NCBI GenBank assembly: GCA_963920595.1 | Contig: OY986947.1 | Location: 496,001 to 560,000, forward strand | Direction: 5' to 3' | Length of the DNA: 64,000 bases | DNA from: Eimeria praecox | Lineage: Eukaryota | Shown here: in pieces, positions 40,570 through 54,100 of the stretch | Layout of the letters: each line of letters opens with the position of its first letter | Position numbering within the stretch: the stretch's first letter is position 1 | Program-made: the position numbers and the translations under genes | Notes under the pieces: generated by a model | Told to the model about the DNA's origin: nothing | Seen by the model: only the letters and a program-made list of their open reading frames with translations | The model's database searches: none

Positions 40570-43515
40570 AAGACTTACAAGCATTCTGCTTAGACCAACC
40601 GAAACGATTCACGCATTCCTAGCTTAGCTCAGTCATGGACAGGCTCTGCTACAGAGAGGGCGCTGGTGGCTCTACTGCTTCACTCAAACTAGCACAACTA
40701 ATGTCACGGGCCGTCCAATCCACTATGAATCGTTGCGCAGGTTCATCGTGCTCACACGCAGAGTCGTGCAGAGCCGTGTAGGCATCTTTGCGCGTTCCAC
40801 TGATACTACGCACGGAAGAAAACCCGGAAGCTTCAACAACTAATACTGCAGCGCAGAGTGCTTGGTAACGCCGAGCCGTCTCATGCATCAAAGGGCGAGT
40901 GCTCGTACACTCTGGCATCGCAGAATCCAACGCTTTCCAACCCACAAAAATCATGTGCCCACCCCACCAGCATTTGCAAATGAGACACCTGGTCTTGGCT
41001 GTGATTAAGCGGCAATCCAATGCAGTCAGTGCTGGTCCTGCCGTTCCCGTGCATTGTATCACGTGGCCTGTACTAATTCCACCTACACAAGCATGATATT
41101 CACGTACGCTCGCTTTAGAGTATCCGAGCAAATTGAGGCTCTGCTGCAGTAACTCACTCCACTGAAACACCTGTTGCACTAACAGCGCTGCGCTCCAGCA
41201 ACTTCTAAAGCAGTACAGGAACAATGCACACCTTGCGATGCACGCTACGCCACCCGCCTCGGAGCGGTGCGCAGTGTAAACGCATGCCTGGGCGAAAGCA
41301 TGCACCTCCACGCTGATATACAATATCCTGTCCAGGTCACATATACTACAGACAAAGAACAGTTTCGTACGCTCTGCTCCAGAAGGACGCGGCACTTGCG
41401 TTTTCTCGAACTCACGGCAGTTCCCTTGCTATCCTGCTAGACAAAGAACAGTTTCGTACGCTCTGCTCCAGAAGGACGTGGCACTTGCGTTTTCTCGAAC
41501 TCACGGCAGTTCCTTTGCTATCCTGCTTCCATTCACCACGGCGCAGGCGCGGGGATATATGCTGCGCCGTGTGTTGGTGCTTTGCATTCGCCATGCACTG
41601 GTGAACCCTCTACGTATGAATGAACGCAGACTTTGCAGCTTGAACATCCCATGGGCACCCAGAGAGCCACGTTGTATCGTACGCCTTTCTGCCTCTCTGT
41701 TTGGTCGAAAGCGCATGCTAAACCTGCATATCACCCCAAACTCGAAGAGCAACACCCTTTATAGAAGCAACAGACCTCCACCCGCAAAATGCTAGAACAA
41801 TATAGAACCATCGGCGCACGCGAAACTGAGCGATATCTAGCATAGCCGTAGCGGCAGCCCACCAGGCTGCGCCACTAGCCGTGTACTGTGCTGAGAGGAG
41901 CTATTGGCACTACCACAGCAGGCGCCACAAAGGTCGCTTAGAATCCATTTGCCCTGCGAACAGCCAGTTGTGTGTGTCTGTCGCACATCTGCCTAGGTCG
42001 CCGAAGCTACAGCCGCTCTGCATCGACGGTTCCCCGCTCTTGCATACAGCGCTTAAACGCGCTTCTCGAGCTCTGCATACAGCATTCCTCATATGCTATT
42101 GCTAGGGTGACGCAAACCAATCAGCCCACCAAGCGTGTCTCCCAGTTGGGCTCATCATGAAAGCGTGGCAAAGAGCATCGCGTGTCCGCAAAGTGATTGT
42201 TTATATCTCTCTCCTTTTAGGACACAAACAGATAGGCTATAGGCGCACTTCCTAAACGGCACGTGGTGCGTTACGTAGCGGTGCAATAACCTGTAGCACT
42301 TGTTCTGAAGAGTAGTCAAAGTGGTCATAAATCGCGTCAATACAACACCTTGTGCTAGGTTCTTCGACGCTGCCCCCTAACCTCCTGCCAACGTGACCAC
42401 CAGCATGCCGCCTTCCCGAACTACCAACATAGGATGCCTACTCGCTCGCATCTACCGAGCATAGTATGCTGCTGCAGCATCTGGATCCCCTAAAGCAGCT
42501 CATATTACTTTGCCAAGCCCATTCATGCTGTAATCAGGGTTGAAAAGCTTAAACTCTGCGCTGCACGCGCTCAACAAATTGCATGCTTAGACACTTCATA
42601 CTATTGCAAGCACATTATTTTTCTGTGAAGATTCTGGCCTTCCTTACGCTCTGTGTCGAACAACCGCATAAATGCCAGGCCAACCGCTGTCGTCCAATAA
42701 TGCATTGAGGAATCATCTTGTCTTGACGGCCCCTTCACTGCACTCGCTAGTTAGGCCATACACCGGCAATGGCAGAAGAACATGCATGCACACGCATACA
42801 CAGGCACGCGCACAAAGAAACATACAAATAATTCAGCAGCGCATTTCAAATGTATCACGCATGCCCAATATACGAGACGCCAGACACGCTGCTTAGGCGT
42901 ACGCTCCTGCAAACGCTCGAACGTGGCTCTCCATTTAAGCGCGTGGCCACTTCCCATCTTGCGAAGAGGCTGTGTGTGTAACACAAAACGCACTATCAAT
43001 AAAGTCGCTTTCCCCAAGTCTACCCTGCCAGCAGCATATAGATTCAAGACCTCAACACCATGCTTCATTGCGGAACAGCCTTCACTCCAGTTGCACCTTC
43101 AGTCGTCTCTTCCTTACAATAAACATCAAATGCATGGCTGCTTACTTCATAAAGTTCACGCGCCTCTATTCACTTTGATAACACCGAATCGTTGCCCTCA
43201 GTGCTCTAGCCCACGCTCGCAAAGCCACAAGATCACGCTATCGACAGCTCTGACACCCCACACCAAGTGCGCTGACATGCGCGTAAGCACGCGCTTGGCG
43301 GTACCCTGTGCAGCGCCAACTCTTCCCAAACCCAGATGAGCAGCACAAGCAACCTCGCCGCGTTTGCTTAGTCGCTCCTGCCTGTGCCAAATGCATAGAA
43401 AGAGCGGCATCAGCCTTTTCCCTGTATCTACAAGCCTTCGCTTCTACTGAAGGCAAAGGCGCAGAGTATGCACGCACTAGCTAAAAGAGAAGCTATCTGT
43501 TTCTTTGTGTCACCC
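40570..43515 (-). pseudogene. Family-1 paralog A3 (mosaic, more divergent 5' half)
   Basis: Collinear with A2; 65-bp deletion at ~41530; many more substitutions from ~42,100 onward. Confidence 0.7.
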
Positions 43516-43554
43516 CATCCGGCATGCTTAACATTCGCTTGCACCGCCGTACTC

Positions 43555-45067
43555 TTGACAATTCATTATACTAAGCGCTCCATGCAATGCGTGAACTCCC
43601 GTGAAGGTGATGACCACGGAGTCTGCAGCTTCTTTGCTGAGGCCGGTGTTCTGGACATGCCAGCAGCATTCTATAGAATACAGGGTGTCGTACGTTCTGC
43701 GTCAGAACATACTGGCACTTGACATGAAGTGGAAAAATGGCGCCAACCTGTTTGGCATCCTCTACTTCCAAGGAACGAGGCAGCCCTCCCCAGCTGCTAG
43801 ACTGTGCAAATCTCAACCCCGAAGGGATTCCCAGCATTCACTCCGGCGCAGCCATATATACTGTATCATCTGCCGGTTCTCTGCATTTGACAACCGCTGT
43901 TTAAGACGCTACATATGCACAAACGCAGACGCTGCAGGTTACAAGTCTTCTGGGCCTTCATAGACCGAACATGTACCGGGTGTCCTGCTACCGCACCCGT
44001 TCGCGGATGCTAAATCATCCCTAGTTCTTGCAGCAGAATTGCTGGGCACAAAACGCCATAGAGAATCAGCAAGCCTTCTCTACTGCATACTCCAGGAATG
44101 CTTAACGAAGAAATCCACGCTGAGCGACATCCATCATGATAGATATAAGCACCTAGGCAAACTACATTATCATTCATCTAGTCTCTTCAGCTCAACTACT
44201 GGCATTGCCGCACCATGCGCCACAAAGGTCATTTAGGATCCACATGCACTGTTAACAAACAGTTGCGTGCGTCTGCCGCGCATCTGCATAGGCCTCCGAA
44301 GCTACAGTCGTTCCCTACCCACGGCCCCAATATCTTGCTCAGAGTGCTTGCACGCGACTCTCAAGCATGACATGCAGTGCTACTCATTTCATTGTAAGGA
44401 TGACCCACTATACTGAACCTAACATACGCGTTCCCTGGTTTGGCTTGACGCGAGGTCGCAACAGCGAACATCGCGTGCCCGTCTACTGATCCCCTCGGTC
44501 TCATCGCTTTGGAGACAGGCCCATGGTATATATATGCGCACTATCTGAAACGCAAATGGTGCGTTGCGTCAATGCCCTAGCAATTCAACACTTGATGGCA
44601 CTCGCTGTAGTCTAGTTGTTCTTGAATTGCCTCGACGCAACAACATTTCGTGCTGGATGTTTTGATGCTGGCAGGCTTACTCAGCGTGCTTTGGTGCTCC
44701 TCAGTAATACCAGCGTAGCGTGTCTCCACTAGCGCGTCCACGCGTGTCTAGTCTATGAGTGCGGGTTCTGAAGTCTTTGGAGCAGGCCACAGTGCTTTGG
44801 CCAAATATGCTCTGCACGCCACTAGGCAAGCAACACTCTGCACCCAGCACGCACAACAGCCTGCACGCATATAAAGGTTTCATATGCATTCACGCAGAGC
44901 ATTCTTCTGTGAAGATCCTGGCCGCCCTTACTCTAAATGTGAAACAACCGCCTAAATGCCAGAGCAGCCACTGGCGTCCAATAACGCATTGAGGAATCAT
45001 CTTGGCGTGGTGGCCCCCACCTTGGACAGCGTGGTTAAGCCATACACAGGTGCGTCCAGAACACACG

Positions 45068-45159
<92 letters not shown>

Positions 45160-45878
45160 CACACACACACACAGAAAGACGCATACAAATAAGTCAGCGG
45201 TACATTTCAAATGTATCATGCCTGCGCAATATACGAGACGCCAGAAACGCTGCTTAAGCGTACGCTCCTGCAAACGCTAGAACGTGGCTCTCCATTTAAG
45301 CGCGTGGCCATTTTCCATCTTGCCAAAAGGCTGCAACACAAAACGCACTATCAATAAAGTCGCTTTCCCCAAGTCTGCCCTGCCAGCAGCATATAGGTTC
45401 AAGGCCTCAACCCCATGTTTCATCGCAGAACAGCCCCCACTCCAGCTGCATGTTCAGCCGTCTCTTCCTTACACCAAACATCAAATTTATCGCTGCTTAC
45501 TTCATAAAGTCCATGCGCCTCTATTCACTTTGAGATCATCGATTCATTATCTCGGTAGTTTAGCCTACGCTCGCAAAGGCACAAGACCTTGCGGTTGAGA
45601 GATGTGACGCCCTCCACCAAGTATGTTGGCATACGTAAGCACGTGCTTGTCGGCACCCTGTGCAGAGCGAGCTATCACCAATCCTCGTTCAGAAACATAC
45701 ACAGACTCACCGTATGTGTGCGATCGCTTCGACCAGAACGAAAATAAAACAAAAAGCGGCACACGGCTCTTGCCAGCACATATAGGGGTTCTCTGCTACT
45801 GAAGGCAACAGCGCCGAGTATGCACCCACTAGCTAACAGACAAACTAGCTACCTCTGTGCTGCAGTTGTGAAGCCCAC
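43555..45878 (-). pseudogene. Family-1 paralog B3
   Basis: Divergent from B1/B2 up to ~44,345, near-identical thereafter. Confidence 0.72.
45070..45173. repeat. (CA)n microsatellite, ~52 units
   Basis: Read directly. Confidence 0.99.
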
Positions 45879-46439
45879 GACAAAACTTGCTGCAACTTCA
45901 CCATGCTGTGGGGAGCGGCATCCAAAGACAAGGCAAAACTAGCTTCCACCGCTTGTCCTTGTGTTCTTACCTTCATCGCCCACGCTATGTCCAACGCCTA
46001 CTCGCACCATGACAGTCCTTTAAATTGATTAGGTTGAACGAAAACCCAAAACGTTATTGGGCGGATGAGCCAGCTGAGCATCTAACCTGTTTTCTGATCT
46101 AAAGGGTGCAGACACCGTGTAATAATATGCTATCCTAGTGTCACCCATGGATTTTCTCATGCACTAGAACCATCCAGCAGCTTCTTCCCACCACATGAGG
46201 AAAATGCCCACACAAGTGCAAGCCCTTTTGCTGCTCACAGCCATGTAATGCATCTGGCGCTTAGTCATGCTCCAGAGGTGCCAAACCAACGCCCTACCCT
46301 AAGCACAATAACCTGGCGCAGGCACCCGTCCTGACGGTGCAGAAGCCGTGCATTTTGTTGGTGGGGAAGGGTGACGCTCCAAGTCACTACGCTGGAGCAG
46401 GCGTTATTTCGTTCCCTTAATGCCGCAAGTGCAAATGCA

Positions 46440-48853
46440 AGAAATACAAGCACTCTGCTTAGACCAACCGAAACGATTCACGCATTCCTAGTTTAGCTCA
46501 GTCATGGACAGGCTCTGCTACAGATAGGGAGCTGATTGCTCTACTGCTTCACTCTAACCAGCACAACTAATGCCACGGGCCGTCCAATGCACTATGAATC
46601 GCTGCGCAGGCTCATCGTGCTCACAGACAAAGCCGTGCAAATCCGCATATGCATCTTTGCGCGTTCCACTGATACTACGTACGGAAGAAGACCCGGAAGC
46701 TTCAGCAACTAATACTGCAGCGCAGAGTGCTTGGTAACGCCCAGTCGCACCACGCATCCAAAGGCAAGTGCTCGTACACTCTGGTCTCGCAGAATCCAAC
46801 GCTTTCCAACCCACAAAAATCATGTGCCCACCGCACCAGCATTTGCAAATGAGACACCTGGTCTTGTCCTTGAGGGGCAACCCTATAGAGTCAGTGCTTG
46901 TCTTGTCGTTCTCGCGGTGTGCATCATTTGGCCTGTACTACCTCCACCCACACAAGCATGATATTCATGCGCACACGCTTTAGAGTATCCAAGGAAATTG
47001 AGACATTGCCGCAGTAACTCATTCCACGAAAACACCTGCTGCACTAACAGCGCAGCGCTCCAGCAACTTCTAAAGCAGCACAGGAGCAATGCACACCTTG
47101 CGATGCACGCTACGCCACCCGCCTCGGAGCGGTGTGCAGGGTAAACGCATGCCTGTGCGAAAGCATGCACCTCCACGCTGATATACAATATCCTGTCCAG
47201 GTCACATATACTACAGACAAAGAACAGTTTCGTACGCTCTGCTCCAGAAGGACGTGGCACCTGCGTTTTCTCGAACTCACGGCAGTTCCCTTGCTATCGT
47301 GCTTCCAAGAAGCGCATCTGTTCTTCCCAGTCACTCGAGAATGCCGGTATGCGAATCACAGGGCCCCCAGCATGCACCACGGCGCAGGCGCGGGGATATA
47401 TGCTGCGCCGTGTGTTGGTGCTTTGCATTTGCCATGCACTGGTGAACCCTCTACATATGAATGAACGCAGACTTTGCAGCTTGAACATCTCATGGACGTC
47501 CAATGGCTGGCCGTTTAGTGGATGCCTTTTCCTCCGGTTGTTTGCCAAAAGGTGTCTTTAAAACCTGAACATTATCCAGTGCCCTTGCAGCAACGCCACT
47601 GAAGGATCTAGCGGCTTCAGAACCAACCGACAATAACCTCTAATAATGCAAGAATACTGTAGAGGCAGCACCTCAAGCGAGGCTGAGCGGTATCCACCAC
47701 AGCCCTAGTTGCAGCCAAGCAAGCTGCTTCACCCAACCACCTACGCTGGCACTGTCACAGCATGCGCCACAAAGGCTGCAAACAAGCAGCTGCGTGCGTC
47801 TGCCACTCACCTGCCTAGGTCGTCTAACCTGAAGCTGCACTCTACCAAGGGCCCCAGTCTCTTGAATACAGCGTGAATAGAGGCCTTGAACGCGTTTCTC
47901 AAGCATTGCATCCAGCATTCCTCCTCATATATTATTGCTAGGATAGCGCAAAGCAATCAAACCAACAAACGTGCTTCCTGGCTTGGCTTAGCGCGGAGCC
48001 GCTGCAAAGAACGTCGTGCGCCCGGTGACTAATTCCCTAGGTCTCCGCCTTCTAGACAAAAACGTATAACATATAAACACACTCGCTTCAAGGAATGGTT
48101 AGTTGTGCATGCGCTATAACAGTCCAGTAGAGGATACCACCTCCTGTAAACGACAATATGGTTGGTCGTAAGTCAATTTCAAGCAACAAATCTTTGTGTT
48201 GGGCGTTTTGACAAGGTCGCCAAACCTCTCCAGCATTGGCAGGGTAGGATCCCTCGTCATTCGCACCCACCCGAGCAGAAGGTGCCACTAAGGCGTCGCG
48301 TGTCCTTAAACCAGAGCGCATTGCTTTACCCAAACCAGTGATGCTGCTCATGCCGCTAGGCATCTTACACGCTGCGCCAAACACGCACAACGATTTGCAC
48401 ATTCAAAGGCACCATGTTGCTGTGGGCAGAACCCTATCCTTGTGAGCAGAACTGTTCGTTGAGAAGAACCCGGTAGCGCTTGCACTGAATGCGGCAATAA
48501 CCCGCCCAATCCTTTGCCGATCATTGTTGACGAACAGGGCACTGACGGATCCTTTTCGCTTGATGACCATACCCGTGAACTGCGTCTTTTGGCTGTGCAC
48601 ATATGCGTGTCTGCACGCTCCTGCGGGTACCACGTGCAACGCGCACACTCCCCAAAGCAGCGCTCAGTAGACAAAGCAACCTTCTTGTATGTGTGTGGTC
48701 GTTTGGGCTAATGTTAAATGAATACAAAAAGGGGCACCCGCCTTTCTCCTCCACATACAAGGCTCCTCTGCTGATGAAGGCAAAGGCGCCAAGCATGCAC
48801 GCACTAGCTAAAAGGCAAACTGGCTACGCCAGTGCTGCATAGATGAAGCCCGT
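46440..48853 (-). pseudogene. Family-1 paralog C3 (3' ORF split into 46554-46880 and 46883-47260)
   Basis: Collinear with C1/C2; divergent patches at ~46,430-47,100 and ~48,090-48,720. Confidence 0.7.
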
Positions 48854-48989
48854 GGTAGCACTTTCTGTAGCTTCACAATAATGTGGCAGGCGGCCTTGAA
48901 AGACAAGAATGGTTTGCACAACGTGTCCCAATGTCATTCATTCAGGTATTGTCAGCGTCCATGTGCTCCATCGTGACCTTGAATGTTAC

Positions 48990-51155
48990 TGTTCATTGCG
49001 TCATGTAGTGCAGGGATTCCCCTGAAACTGATGACCGTAGAATCTGCATTTTGTTCTGTTGAGGACGGTGCCTCGCACAGCCGAATGGCATTACAAAGTA
49101 GACAGTGCATCGCATGCTCTGCTTGAGAAGGTGTTTGCGCTTGGCATGACCTGGAAGTGACGACAGCTGTTTGGGTATCCTACGCCCTAGAAACGCGCCT
49201 GCTATCCCCAATCGCTTCCTTTTGACAGTCCGCGCCGCAGAGGGAACCCCGGCATTCACCGCAGCATACCGGACTATACTGTGCCGTTTTCCGGTCCTTT
49301 GCAGTCGCCATTCTTTGTCTAAGCCTCTCTGAACACCGATCATGCAGCGTAAACGTCTTATGGGCTCCCAACCAAAGGCATTGTGCCTGGTGTATTTATA
49401 TCTCGCCGTTTGGCGAAAAAGCGTTTTAAACCTGCGCAACATTCCAACTTCTTGCAGCAACGCATTGAAGAACCTAGTGCATTCAAAACCAATAGGTGGT
49501 CTCACTCTTTGTTATCCAGGAGACATCAGATCGGCTGACCCTCATCCAGCATGGCCGTTAGCAGCACCCTGGCAAACAGCGCCACTCGCGGCCTACGTTC
49601 TTGAGTAGATGCACTGCCACAGCATGTGCCGCAAAGGCCCCTGAAAATCTAGTTGCATTGCAAACAGCCAGCTGCACACTTCTGCTCCCACTATGCCTAG
49701 CTCTTCGGTGCTAAAGCCGCTCTATGTCAAATGCTCCACTCTCTTGCAAACAGCGCTTGAACGCGTTCCTAAGGCACTACAATTTGCTTTGCTCGCCTTA
49801 TTGTGAAAGCGGCTAAAACCACTAAGCCTCCAATGTCTGCTTCCGTGGTTCAGCTTGACGCAAAGCCTGAACGGAAACCATCGCGCGCCCGCCGATTGGT
49901 CCCCCAGGTCTACGCTGTTTATACGCAAACACATACGGTATAGGCTCACCCCCTAAAACGAAAACAGTGTTCTGCGTCGATAGCATGGCAATCCAGCTCG
50001 TGACAGCCCTTGCTGCAAGCACCAACTAGATTGGTTGTGAATTGTCTCAATGCAAGAACACTTTGTGCTGGGTACGTCGAGGTTTTCGTTTAAGCTCACG
50101 TAAATGCGGACGCGCATTATGCCGCTCTTCAATATTAGCTGCGTACGGTGCGTGCAGCAGCGAATCCATTCGCGTACAATACATGGCTACGACATCAGAA
50201 GTCCTCAAACCAGGGCACAGTGCTTCGACCATTCACGCTCTGCTCAACACTGGGCATTCAACACTATGCTTCTAACACGCGCAACAAATTGTGTACTGAA
50301 ACCCTTCACGTTCTTGGTGTCAGATACTTTCATTATGAAGGCCCTTGCCGGTATGGCAGTAAATGCGACACCCTTCCCCATCAGAGCGATCACCATCGTC
50401 GAGTAATGCAACGAGGAGTGTTTTTGGCTTGATGACTAGGTTCTTGGACTGGGTGATTAGGCTGAACGTAGGCGCTCAGACACATGCAAGCATACAGGGC
50501 AGTCACCAGCACATTTCAAATGCATCATAGCGACTGGATATACCAGCCAGGAGGGCCGTGAATCCCTGCAAATCCTCACTATGCTCTCCGCGTATGCACT
50601 TGCCCCCCCCTCCAACTTTCCTAGAAGGTACAACGCACAGCGTAAACCCATTAAGCCTGCTTTTCTCCCGTCTGCTTTGCCAGGAGCAGCTAGTCGCTGC
50701 TTTATAAGGGAAAAACGTCCACGCCAGCTGGATTTTCAGCCGTATCTTCCTTCTAAACAAGCAGCAGTTTTGTCCCGGCCTACTTCTGGGGGGGTGGGGC
50801 GCTAAGCCTATGATGACTTCCAGAATACCAAATTATCATTATTGATTGCTCATGAGCCTGCTTTCGGGAAGGCGGAAGAGCTTGCGAACGACAGCTTATG
50901 ACGCCCCACACCAAATGGGCTCACAAGCAAGTAAGCTTGCACGTACGCACGTGCTTCTCAGCACCGCATGCAGCCTTCGGTATCTGCCAAGCCCGGTTCA
51001 GCAACATAGGCGGCCTCATGGTATGCGTGTGGAGACCGTGCCGTAAGGCATTGAATGCTCAGCGCAGCGCCTTACCCGGCTGCCCCCTCCCTCGAAACGC
51101 AAGATATGCATGCTACTACTGCATCCGTGCACCTCCGCGCACACAAACACGATTT
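48990..51155 (-). pseudogene. Family-1 paralog D3 (170-codon open stretch 48993-49505)
   Basis: Copy of D; ALLQEVGMLRRFKTLF...RGLDKEWRLQRTG...AAVNAGVP...KHLLKQSMR. Confidence 0.7.
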
Positions 51156-54100
51156 TCAAACTACAAAGACATCCATACAAGGCACGCTGCAGGCACTTTG
51201 CCACCTGGCATCTGCCTACCCATATAGAGGCACGCCATAACGCTGTTCCGCCTTGCTCAATGCTGCACAGTTCACATAATAATCCCTTATTTAGCAAAGG
51301 CATAGCCTTGCGGATGTTAACATCGCTAAAGCGCCAACACGGATGCAGCATTCCACACGTCTCACTCAGCGGCCAATTGATGCCGACCCAACATGCACAC
51401 CAAGCGCTTGTTGCCAAACAGCATGCATGCACTGACATGCCCGAATTGGGCGCACTCCCTGATGTGCACAAAGCCTCATGCTTGGCTAAGCCGTCATTAA
51501 CTGCAAGCAAGAACCTTCCTCACCCTCCCCATTATCCTCAGACTCAGGAAACCGGCCCTCCCATCACTGCAAATATATCCAGCATCAACCATCACTCGCA
51601 CGTGCCCTCATACAAAGTGTGGAACATATGCCCTCTCTTCACGGTGAAATATGCTGAACGGCTATGCGCATACAGAGAGTTCAGAGTCGCCCTTGTGCAG
51701 CTCTCGCCATGAAGGTCAAGATAGTCCCCACGCACAAAGCACAACCTGTCATCCCTCCCCACTCGTATGCAACCCATTCTGCATCCCCCATCCGTGTCGT
51801 GCAGTGTGAACGTGCAGTGACGCACAAGAACCAAAACGCTCTGCAGGCCTTCCTTCCTTCGAACGTACTGCACATGCACATAACTCTCCGCCCAGCATCT
51901 GCTTCCCCATGATAGGCTTTTGGCGCCTGCTACGCTGTCCCCAAGTCGCCGACATGAATCGCTCACGCGTTTGCGTTCCATCCCAATGTTCCTGGTGCTC
52001 ACCTCTTGCGCATACTCACATTTGCCCCAAACTCTTGTCACTCTCCACCGTCCCCGCAACCACTCGTGCATAGTCCCTTGGCTCTTCTTCTTTCCATGCG
52101 GTTAAGGCACACGTGTTCTGGATTTACCAAAACCCTGCGCAACAGCCACCAAGGGCCGTCACATACCTCCTGCGGTGCTCATCACGCATCCCGACCCTCC
52201 CCCGTCAAGTATAAAACCTTGAAGTGAATAGTACTCTCTCGCTTGAGTGCCAACAAACTCACCACCTCATATTAGTATTTGCCAGAATGACGCGGTTGCC
52301 TGTTGGGCAACGTGCCCCCGGGAAATGCAAGCTACAAACCGCTCGGCGGCATCCATTACGCGCCGTCACACCACATTGGGCACACACCTAAAGCATCTAC
52401 GCCACAGATGTAAGATGCACGACACAGCTTACCGCTGTTCCTAACCATCCAGTCATCATCATTGACACTGGAGCCCTGTTGTACTACCATGGTTGTTCCT
52501 GCGCATGCGGGGGCAAACACGACACACTTTCTGAGTTAACGAATGAGTCCCACACACGTAGGCACTTCGAGTTCAGCTTCTGATATCCACAGCCCAACCC
52601 GCTGCACCACATCCTCTTCTCCATGCGCCGAAGTAATACCGCTGAGTAACGTCCCTGTCCGTAGAGGTTATACCACAAATCCTCTCGCCGCAGAGCCGTT
52701 ATCTCGCAACGGCAAACCTTCATGCATGCAGGGACGGCTGATGCAGTTTTCCGAACAACCCAAATCCCACTAGGGCTAGGCAGAACTCCCTGCACCATCC
52801 TCAACCACTGCTACTCAACACACTCACAACGCGGCAAGCACGCATCTATACGCTATATTGCAAACCAAATAATATCTTGCCGTGGTTAGAGTCTTCGGTA
52901 CGCCTGACCGCCCTCCGTTTCCTTCAGCCTTCAGACCTCATCCACCACGCCTTCTCACCAATGCAAATGAATCCAACACCAACTAGCACGCACACGCGCT
53001 CTCATGCAAAGTGTGGAACACAGGCGGCCTCTTCACGGTGAAATATGCTTAATGGATATGCGCATACTGAGAGTTCAGAGTCGCCCTTGTGCAGCTTTTG
53101 CCATGAAGGTCAAGATAGCCCTCACGGAACACGGCAGAACCTGCTGTACCTTGCTATGCACGTGCAGCAGAAGGGGCGTCCTCTATTCGCGTCACGTTAG
53201 GACGCTGAAAAAGCAAAAAGGCGTGATGACCCTCCGTTCATCTAGCATAGCGCAACCGGGTGTCAAGGGAGAGTGAAGACTTGTATCAGCAAGAAACTGT
53301 CCTGTTTATTTGGTTTCCGTGTCACTGGCGCGTAGTGCGAATGTGCGGTGTGATGCGACAGGCCCTCGTGAATGGGGCGCAGTGGCTTGGGGATCGCGGT
53401 TCCCTTGCCCACGCTGCGCAGTCACAGGTGGCCTGAACCCCGCACACGTGTAGTTCCTAGACCGCACATTATATGCATGGGCCTCCAGTTCCTCATCGTG
53501 CACTGAGCAGCAGCGCGCTGTACAACAGCTTTGCATTCTCCTTAAGCATCTGCTGTAGTGATACATATTCATAATCCGCAAGTACGCTGCAGATGTTATC
53601 TGCCTGCTTAGCAGCATTATGTATACCCGGTCACCTCTTCCAGTTTGTACTGCTGGGTCTCATCTGATCTATATGCAGGGGATCGAAAGCCAGTTTCATC
53701 TCTTCAAGAAGCTGGAAATCATGTAGACAATCAGCAAACCTACACCCCTACACGTTCAAATGACCCTTGCCAACACTAAACCAGGATGGGCACACCGAAG
53801 GCCGAGATCATTCGTTAATTTTTGCGGATGCATCGCAACAATCCTAGTACCATACACCATGGAACTGCGCGTCTGGTCTGCTACTGCCACTTGTCGTTTG
53901 ACCCCTTTACAACCGCGAAGCAGTTTGCTTACAGCAGTTGAGCCACTGTCAAGTATGACGAAACCATCGCTGCCGAAATGTGCGAGGCCAGGCCATCAGG
54001 ATTTACTCTTGAAAGCAGAGCACAAAGCCTTATCCTATGACGTCATTTCTCCTAAAGCAAACTCCGCATGCGCCTAGCATATCTGGACGCCTCCGCGCAC

